From assembly GCF_002113885.1 (NCBI RefSeq), contig NW_018405229.1, positions 96,086 through 160,085 of the forward strand: a stretch of 64,000 nt of DNA, given 5' to 3'. The translations under genes and the position numbers were made by a program. The stretch is from Mizuhopecten yessoensis (taxonomy: Eukaryota). Shown here one piece after another: positions 54,714 through 64,000 of the stretch. Under the pieces are notes generated by a model. It was not told the DNA's origin and did no database searches. It saw nothing but the letters and a program-made list of their open reading frames with translations. How positions within the stretch are numbered: the first letter of the stretch is position 1; each line of letters begins with the position of its first letter.

Positions 54714-55493
54714 GTAAACTTATTATGATATGACAGAAATCGCTATTGTACGATAAAACGTACGCCCAATAGTCATACCGGTATTGCTGTCGTTTGACGT
54801 CAGATCAGGTCAAAATCATCATGAAAAGTCATACAATTTCAATGTAATAAATAACCGAAATAAAATGTAAGTTTGATCAGTCGAAAAATATCTTTAGGTA
54901 TACCATAGTCAGCAACTGATATTGATCTCGGAAATAAACAATTATTTAACAACCTTTCTGTAACATTTTTCATGTTAAATTTTTTGGATTCTCAAGTAAA
55001 TCCATCACGCACTATAATTTCGGATCTTTTCAAATACGTTAATTTCTAAAATGTTGCATAAACAATATACTTAACTTTTTGTTATTGTGCTCGATGTCTT
55101 TGACGTCTTTTTCCAAGTTTTCTGGCCAGACGTAAAAAAGTCGATCATTACGTGGATATAGTGGATAGGAATATTCTAGCCTCAGTTTTATAATCCCGAT
55201 AAGATCTTTGGCAAAACGTCGTGCTGAAAAAAACCCTCTTCATATGGTGTTAGAATTCCCTTACTGCCATACCCATATATGGTAATCGAATTAAATCACT
55301 CAATCGGTAACTTCATATAGGTAGAGTACCATTTACTGTAGTGTTGTTGTTATAACATCACTCTTTCTAACTAAAGTATTACAGCTTGAAAAGCAATGTC
55401 TCGTAAAGGCATTAAAACGCAAAACGAACAGAAAACTTGAAAGGGCTCTCCGATTCATGTTTTGTATTATTGTTGTTTTTTAATTTTTAACAG

Positions 55494-55622
55494 TTTGGTG
55501 GTCTGGAATCACTGTGTACAGGGATACTAGACGAATATGTTGTTCTCAGGAAGAACCGGAAGTTGTTCGTCCTTGCTCTAATGGCGTATTGCTTCATAGG
55601 GGCATTGGCTACAACAACATAT
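55494..55622 (+). CDS. SLC6A4: SERT coding exon 9 (end of TM8, TM9)
   Basis: Acceptor tttttaacag; FGGLESLCTGILDEYVVLRKNRKLFVLALMAYCFIGALATTTY; donor TAT|GTAAGT; 129 nt. Confidence 0.95.
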
Positions 55623-55871
55623 GTAAGTTGATATTCATCAAGACCTACCCCAGTATAATGGTAAATCATACAACTAGCATTTAGGGGATTTTCTGCTTTC
55701 AGCATACCTATTTCTATCGTGAATGGGCTTGTGTGTGCATTTCGCTTCGGCTAAAGGTAGACAAATCAAGCATTTTTTCTTGACCCTTGTTTCTTTAGGA
55801 CTCCAGTTTTCATAGAAATCCCAACATATGCATTTATTTATAAATACATACTCTTTTAATTGCAACATATT

Positions 55872-56066
55872 AAAAGGTACACCTCTTTACATAACACGAA
55901 TATCAAAAGGTACACCCCTTTACATAACACGAATATCAAAAGGTACACCTCTTTACATAACACGAATATCAAAAGGTACACACCTTTACATAACACGAAT
56001 ATCAAAAGGTACACCCCTTTACATAACACGAATATCAAAAGGTACACCCCTTTACACAACACGAAT
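55872..56066. repeat. 33-bp minisatellite, six units (intron 9)
   Basis: aaaaggtacacccctttacataacacgaatatc. Confidence 0.95.
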
Positions 56067-56335
56067 TTCAACTCTATATTATCATCATTACTTCATCTAT
56101 ACAGTGCTTAAATTTTCCAATTTTTGCTGTTGGTCACGCTCAATGTTATTGTATGAAACATGATACCGCAGATTTATAGCATCGATCATACAGATAAGCA
56201 CATATGTGTCACAATAGTCTATCTCTGCTGAATAATTTGGTATATGTGCTTTAATTTGACTACTGCGCTGCTGGAACAAGCACGGTTGTGTCCCCAATTT
56301 AGACCTACGTGATAACTTTATCTATTTCTCTACAG

Positions 56336-56435
56336 GGTGGTATATACGTTGTGCAGTTACTGGATTCTTTCGGAGCTCCAATAGCCATCATCTTTGTGGT
56401 TTTCCTCGAGGCTGTAGCCGTATCGTGGATATATG
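56336..56435 (+). CDS. SLC6A4: SERT coding exon 10 (TM10)
   Basis: Acceptor tatttctctacag; GGIYVVQLLDSFGAPIAIIFVVFLEAVAVSWIY; donor G|GTACGT; 100 nt. Confidence 0.95.
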
Positions 56436-56850
56436 GTACGTCATACTGTCGATTACTTAAGCTCATAAATACTTATTTACAGGACAGTAAGGCTTGTTTA
56501 TGAACATTTGCAAGAGGAACAAAATTAGTAAATCGCTTTTTATTGTATGTGCCTCTCAACAAAGATTGGGGGTTTGTTGTATTGCATGATCGAGCAAGTC
56601 AAAGAGACAATACGTCTGTGTCAGAATGAGTAACTGGACGATGTGGAATTAGTAACCAAAGATACATATACAGTAAACAGGGACTGTACGAATACAGATA
56701 CACGCAATAACCATTAACCTTGAACTTGTCAATTGGTAAAGTAATGAAATCACAACATACAATAGCAAAAAAAAAATCCGATTTTATGTATAATTATACT
56801 ACATGTATGTTAAACGTCCGTTCGTCATGAGCTGTTTGCATCTTTTTTAG

Positions 56851-56951
56851 GCGTAAACAGGTTCTGTGACGATATAGAGTCAATGCTGGGGTTCCGACCG
56901 GGTATCTACTGGAGGGTGTGCTGGAGCATCATCAGCCCATTCTTCCTACTG
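56851..56951 (+). CDS. SLC6A4: SERT coding exon 11 (TM11)
   Basis: Acceptor catcttttttag; [34 protein letters not shown]; donor CTG|GTGAGT; 101 nt. Confidence 0.96.
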
Positions 56952-57434
56952 GTGAGTAATAACTATTAGAAAAATATCAACACATTGTTTCTACCAGTAA
57001 GTTCTCGTAATATCTATCGGAGGAATATCAACATTTCATTGGATCATCATCGGATACACGTGTAGGTCCATATCTATCTGTATACATTAATGCGTAATCG
57101 CAGGATACAGTTATAAAGTTTTCGAGTATCGGATTAGTATAGTATATGGAGAATGGATCGAATAAATTAATGTGTGTTACAATAAAGTCATTATATAGAA
57201 AATTGAGACAGACATAGCTTTCATATAGAAATAGTAAACTCTTATTTTAGCTTAAACAGTTTAAATGTTTCTTCAACAGACTGTGAAAAAACATCTTCTT
57301 TAACATATCTTCAGTTAGTTTTATAAGTGTTTCTCATCAATTTGTTCGGATTTCAAACTGCTAAGCCAAATGACAGGTGACAGATAAGGTGTAAGAAATA
57401 TGATGAATCAACTCTGCATCTCTATTATCTTTAG

Positions 57435-57602
57435 ATCCTATTCATCCTCTCGCTGATCGACCCGATGCCTCCCCAGTACGGCTCCTATGACTTCCCACAG
57501 TGGTCATTCATTCTGGGATGGATCATCGTGTGCTCGTCTCTCATCTGTATTCCCGGTTATATGATTTACAAGTTCTTCCGCACACCAGGTTCCATCCGCC
57601 AG
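57435..57602 (+). CDS. SLC6A4: SERT coding exon 12 (TM12)
   Basis: Acceptor tctattatctttag; ILFILSLIDPMPPQYGSYDFPQWSFILGWIIVCSSLICIPGYMIYKFFRTPGSIRQ; donor CAG|GTATGA; 168 nt. Confidence 0.95.
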
Positions 57603-58079
57603 GTATGAATAGATAAACATGTGAAATAAGAAAATAGTGCCACCTTTTACCTATATTTATGTGACGTTTGACAAATGGGATGGTATTAGAAAATTATTAA
57701 TAAATTATTAATATAAGATGTAACAATGACTGCACATCGGTTTCTTAACATATAACAATGAGTACACAGTGCAATATAAAATGTAAAAAAGACTCTTATT
57801 TCTACGTTAGTATGAAATATTTGTTTAACAACGTTTTATAACTACTATTATGCCTTAGTAACTGTAAATCACTATACAAATATAAATATGTAACATTGTT
57901 TGAACATCAGTATGTAATTATATGATTTTAATATAACATAACCATATGAATATGTAATGATAAATATATATCGACGAACATTTCTAATAATAATCACTAC
58001 TACATATTTCTGTATGAATATGAAACAAAGAAATAAAACAAAGAAAGGTATATAGATATGTAACACTGCTTTGTTACAG

Positions 58080-58154
58080 AGAATTCTCGTCATGTTTACA
58101 CCCACCGACGTACCAAGTCACGCCAGGAAACCTGCACTGCCAGCCTATGTCTAA
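58080..58154 (+). CDS. SLC6A4: SERT coding exon 13 (C-terminus, stop)
   Basis: Acceptor ctgctttgttacag; RILVMFTPTDVPSHARKPALPAYV*; 75 nt, phase-compatible. Resembles the SERT tail (RI...TP.TP) and ends in a hydrophobic Val (PDZ-ligand-like). Confidence 0.88.
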   Translation, partial: RILVMFTPTDVPSHARKPALPAYV

Positions 58155-60112
58155 CGTTTCAGACAAACCGGAAGTAGAGTTGAAGATGAATCATTGATGA
58201 CATGCGCAGAAATCGGTGCCTATAATATAAATATTGATGTTGTGTAATATTCAACATGTACACTTTAGAAGTATATGTCACATGTAAAGATCTCTACAGA
58301 ATCGATGAAAATGTTCAAACATCAAATCTAGATAAAACATAATGAAATATGACTAACATTGTATAAGGAACATCCAGTAGTTGGTTGTCTTGACAACAGA
58401 CATGTAAATAGATAATCTTCTTGATGAGGAGTTATTAAATTAGATTAACATTAACCCTTGTCGATATTAGGCAGTATGTTTAACATAAAACTGATGAGGA
58501 AGAAATAAATTGTACCCACACCACATTACAGCAGCCTGCTACCATACTTCAGGTTCATATTTGATGTTCCTGTATTTACATATTTGTTGATTGTTATTGA
58601 GGAAAACATAGCCATTGGTGGATATATATATGTATGCCATTCATCCCCATTGCATATAATTTTTGCTTTAATTCCAAATTACGTATTCTTTGCCGATTTC
58701 ATATTGTCATTTACAATGACCATACATTATGTCAGTGATTTTCATGCATTGTGTGGTCCTGCTGTGTTCTTTATAAACTATGTTATTACCTTAAATCATG
58801 TTTGATGATACAGGGACTGAATTGATATCGTCACTAATTTACTTGCATTGTGTGTTCATGCTGTGCTCATTGATGACGTCAGTTATTACTTTACATTATT
58901 GGTTCTTGATGTATTCAATGATGATTTGATGACGTCAATTATTACTTTACATTATAATTTCTTTGTTTTTTCGATAATGATTTGATGACGCCAGTCATTA
59001 CGTTATATTATTTGTTCTTGATGTATTCTTTGATCACTTATTGACGTCTGTTACGACCTTAACACACTACAATGTGCTTTCCCTTCTTTATCCTCAAAAT
59101 GCACAACTACAAAGTAAACACTTCAAAAGCTTAAGCATGCACTTCATTGCATTGTAGAATAACGTACTAATATGCAAAGACGTGCTTTGACATTTGTAAC
59201 TCGTTATATAATCACAGATGTACTATTGACTTTTACATACATTTTTTACATTACTTAATACTCTAGAGTATAATAAAGGTAAATACATATACGCCATTTC
59301 AACATATAATGCTGTGTACATATATATTTATTTTAATGTAAGATTGTATGCCTGTATATTTTTTCCTGAACATAATGTATAGCAAGTAATTGTCTATTAC
59401 CATAAATATTAGATTGACAACCACACTATCGATCATACCTAAAAGGCAAAGAGCACTAGGACGAAAACGCAAAATAAAATTTAATTATTTAACCGTCACA
59501 ATGTCAGTAGCAAATTTACAGAGCTTTATAAAAAATGTCAGGTTTTGAAGACAATATCATTGTTGCTCCTAGTGTAAATAACGAAGTGTTCGTGACAAAA
59601 GGTTAGGTTTTGAATGGTCAAGCTTTCACGCCTAGGAATCATGACTGCGTTAGCAATACTGCTGCAAAACAGTATGCGCATGTAGACCTTTGCGCTAATT
59701 AGCTCACGAAATATCACCGGAAAGTTACACATAACGAATATTTCTACTGTTCCAGTATTCATGATAGGTCTACCAGTTCAATTCCAATATTTCCCATTGA
59801 TTTTCATAAACTTTAGATCCATTCAATATTAAATCAACATTGGAAATCTAGATGACATTACAGCATACCATTTTACATTATAGTTAAGAGGAACAAATTG
59901 TAGTATTGTCATTATGCAATTTCTATTTACTAGATGTTTATATTATATATATACTTGTAGCATGTTCATTTTCTTAAACGTAATCTTGAAAACATATGTA
60001 GCTTGCAAACAACATTCGAGATTATTATAATTACGAATAACATAATCACGTATTTTCTTGTCCATTGACATTGTAAATCACAAAGCAAGTGTATATTAAC
60101 TATGTACATATG

Positions 60113-60185
60113 TTCTAGCCCACCACTATCACACGGGGGGCTGTTCATATCGCCTTTCATCCATTGTCCGTCGTCTGTCCTCAAA
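60113..60185 (+). mobile_element. 5' remnant of a HINE/pearl-like non-autonomous element
   Basis: ttctagcccacc...gggggct hairpin followed by a gtccgtcgtctgtcc microsatellite, an architecture recalled from bivalve elements. Confidence 0.45.
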
Positions 60186-61716
60186 CTGGTTCTTGTTATA
60201 GTGATTTCGCAAGTTCCTTTATGGTTATTTTTCAAATTTCATATGTAGTTTTCCCGTGGTCTTCAGATGCTCGTGTTCAGTTTTGTTACAGTTTGTTATC
60301 GCTATTTCACAGAAAGATAAGGAGGATGTTTTTCTTTAATGTGAAGGTAGCTTCATTTTATCTCTCTTATTCTATCTATTTATTTTTTACTATTTTGTCA
60401 GAGTCAAAAGATAACCTAACTTTTAAAATGAAAAAATAAATAAACAAATCACCGTATGCTGCATTTACTGTTGTCACGAATATAAAACCTACAGATCTGA
60501 TAAAAGAAAACAAAATCCCCAGAAACGATCACGAAATGGATGAGATGGTGAGTGACAAGACCACCCTGAGATATTTTGTTGAGTTACGATAGGTGTGACA
60601 ATGCTACATCAATGATTCATAAGACACATTGTGTAGATGAGTGAGTCTCTCTATCACGTCACCTGTTTTGTACATATGCCTTCTGTGTAAAGTGTACATA
60701 CTGTGTCTGTTAGCCGCTACAATACTGTTATGATGGACTTTTTATATAGGTTAATTACAGATTAATTTTCTATAGTTGCATATACGCACGCTCAAGTCAT
60801 TAACAAACACATGCTAATGAAAATTAAGAATTGAATCTTGTCTCTGTCTGTTTTATAAGGTAATGAATTTAGTCAGTCTTGAGATACAGTTAAGGCTTAT
60901 AATAAATATGTCTCAAGATCGAACGCATGTTATCATAGCAGTAAATTACTCTGAATGCTGAATACTTGTCCTCACATTATGAAATTTGACACAAATCCAT
61001 ACTCACGGACTAAGTTAATAGGGTTTGAAATTTCACAGTTAAATAACTCTGAAACCGGGCTTTAAATTTAATTCAAAGGGAAATAAACCGGTAAAAATCA
61101 TATCGAGGCTTTAAACCAAGAAAAAAAAAAATACATTCTTGTCACAATTATTTATTTTAGGCATGAATGTGTCCATGCGCTTAATAAGTGTAGTGTATGA
61201 AACCTATTTATACCAAGCTGACATAAGGTGAGGATCTGCGACAACCTCCGGGACCACGACCCATTGTTTTTATCAAAGTCGGATTTCATACAGTGTATAC
61301 TTTTGTTGAAATTATTTCATTCATAATTGTATAAGTAATATATAGAATTTCTGATAGATATGAGAGATGATTTCATGAGAAGAAAACGTATTTGTGTCAT
61401 ATAACAAAACGGTTTTGCTCATACCTTCGTCAAAAGAATCAAAATGTATTGTACAAGGGCGCACGTCCCATGCTGTTAGAACTTGTAAAAATGAAGACAA
61501 ATCTCCAAAGCTGCATTGGTATACGAGATACCACGAGGCTTCGTTAGAAATACCGGTAATTATGTTGTAATGTGTTGAAGGTGTAACGAGTACAATTTAG
61601 ATATACTTGACCGTTACACCACGTGATAATCATGTGATAGATTTGTGATCGTTAGTTACTATTGTTAAGAGTTTAATCATCGTTTGTAATACTGAGTATA
61701 AATATACATCATCAGA

Positions 61717-61770
61717 ATAAAATAATAAATGTATGTTTTTCTATTTCGTTTAGATTTCTTTATCAGTTTT
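61717..61770 (+). terminator. Candidate distal polyadenylation region of the SERT transcript
   Basis: Tandem AATAAA (gaataaaaataataaa) followed by a GT/T-rich tract. Other AATAAA hexamers occur earlier (e.g. 59272), so the true 3' end is uncertain. Confidence 0.3.
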
Positions 61771-63436
61771 CAGTCAATCTTATCCTTACTTGGTAGAAAT
61801 ATTTAACTGATATTGATTACCCTATGGAAGAAAGTAAAAAGAGTGATGTCGAGCGATCGTAATGATTAATGTAGAAACTAATTGTGTGCATGTTCTAAAT
61901 GTACCAACGTAAACAAATATACTTCAACTATCGTAGGGTACATCGTTCACCAGACACTATAATATACGTTAACACCATACACTTCAGACATGTACAATTT
62001 AATTAGATGGATTTTCAATTCATTTAACAAGATATATATATTGTATATAAATATGTAACAATTATACAACTGTTGTTGCCGTAGTTTCAATACACTTGTT
62101 TTCGTGACACTACATGGTGACCCTATGCTGTATTGAACTGGTGGTAGCTTTGTTATTAACATCATACGATGATAGCTAGGCGGCAGCTTGTTTGATACAC
62201 TTAGGCCTGTCATCATGCAATCTACAAACAAATTTATTGTAACTCGCCAGGCTCCCCCTTTAAATGACAACAATCATAAATAAGTCTATCACGTTACCCG
62301 TACAGCTTATTAACATGACTTACCTGTACGACGAGATATGTACAATATTCTGATATGTCATCATCCACCCAGGCCTCTGGCATGTTGACCCTACCATGGT
62401 GGAGAAGCACACCTGTGTGATGTTCTATCCAGGAGAGCGTACACAGCCGTCTGTTACCAACTGTACTTTAACTACTTGGTGAATAAAATCATTGTCCCTT
62501 TATCCAGTGTTTTATTACCGTACCCGACCTACTAACACTTAATAATCACAATTGTCGCAGTATATTTAATAAATACTATCGGAACAAATCTACCAGTATT
62601 ACGAAGCACTTAGCAGGTGATTTACACGCTATGACACTTAAATCCCGACACAAATGTTGTTAATAATGAATTACTTTGTGCACCCATCACACAATTGCTG
62701 CATAAACCCCCCTGGTCTGTGGTTTATGTGTTTGACACGCGAATCTCCTGGAGTCTGTGACTTCCACACATACCAGTACTATTATGTTGCCTAGTTATCA
62801 AAGGAATGTCGGGATATCAAGTAACAGTTAGGAGCCTGTAGTCTAAATTAGGTATAAAATATAACCACGTGAAGTAAGAGGCACACAACTACAGATGGAG
62901 TTAAGACGCAGGTAAGTTGGTTTAAGCTGCATGTATTACCTATAACAGCACTAAATATTGCAGGTAAGACAAGTTTAGTTATGATAAGTAGTCATAATCA
63001 AATCACAGATACTCCGTAATCTAATATTATCAACAGTCTTCTTTTCTGATATCCATTTAATCTACGGTCACGTGGCATGGTATTCTTTTGAATATGATGC
63101 ATTCTTGATATTGTGAAGAAATGTTTAATTATTTTATTAGTTTTACCATTATACTGAAAGTATAAAATACTGTTTGCCTAAGTTATGCTATTATTTTAAA
63201 ACTGATAGTCTCAGATTCCATATACATGTACTATCCTTTCCGACGGAAGGCATTAACATGGAGCATTAACAAACATTAACACATACTTTTAAATGCTTAA
63301 CATATTAATGTAAAATTATAATATGCGAGTCACACATTACAATAATAAAGAACAGTTTTCGAATTTAATTTGATTTTGCCGATATTCATTAAAACTTTCT
63401 TCCTTTAAGCTCATTGTTATTTTTATAATTAAAACT

Positions 63437-63535
63437 AATTGTTGGTGATTTGCTCTGTAATAATAACAAATTGTTGGTGATTTGCCTTGTAATAATAACA
63501 AATTGTTGGTGATTTGCTCTGTAATAATAACAAAT
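63437..63535. repeat. 32-bp tandem repeat, three units
   Basis: aattgttggtgatttgctctgtaataataaca. Confidence 0.9.
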
Positions 63536-64000
63536 TTCAGAACGAATTTCATCGTACTGTTTGTCCAGGATGTGACTTAGTGACTAAGGTCGACACCGAG
63601 ACTGTGTGATGCGGGGTCGTTATAATGCCGATAGACAGCGATGAAGGGTAGGGCAATAATTATTTCCGCATGATATCATAGTAATGCCTTATTGTGGGGA
63701 CTGCTTAATTTCAAAATCGTAGATATGGTCGCTTTAAAATACAATATTTGACCTACATGATTGATATATAATGAAGAAATTTAGCTATATGATTCAATGC
63801 AAGCTTCAACTAAGCCAATGTTTTCCATTCCTGAACGACAAAAACAAACATGTTCTAGTACGACGATGAAAAAAAACAACACCATTTTGTTAAATAAATA
63901 CATGTATATGGCGGACGCCCTAATGTCAGAGTCGATTGACTATTTCAGAGCCCTTGTTTCAGGAGTGTCTATTCTTACTTCAGAGTCCTTGTTTTAGGAT

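Noticed and set aside
16380-58154. Assignment as dopamine, noradrenaline or octopamine transporter
   Set aside because: [13 protein letters not shown], [13 protein letters not shown], YYNTIIAW, VWVTAT and the 168+75 terminal exons fit SERT better. A phylogeny is still needed to be definitive.

Overview
AT-rich metazoan genomic DNA, probably a bivalve mollusc (inferred from the SINE and MITE-type repeats; not proven). It contains one complete spliceosomal gene on the + strand: a 13-coding-exon SLC6 Na+/Cl- monoamine transporter, most likely the serotonin transporter (SERT/SLC6A4 orthologue). The gene runs from ATG 16380 to TAA 58154, all introns are GT-AG, and the 1818-nt CDS gives 605 aa. Roughly 40% of the window is unrelated tandem arrays (units 16-133 bp). 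It also holds two copies of a tRNA-Gly-derived SINE, a second degenerate SINE, fold-back MITEs, and decayed CR1-LINE and Gypsy-integrase fragments. The most striking observation is that three intronic arrays are tandem amplifications of 5' splice sites in the sense orientation. Two of them are copied directly from the gene's own exon 2 and exon 6 donor junctions, and any downstream donor would introduce an in-frame stop. Other notable features are a satellite that flips orientation at a palindromic junction upstream of the gene, an array bounded by terminal inverted repeats, and natural substitutions at known SERT drug/ion-site residues. Most long ORFs in the supplied track are repeat artefacts.
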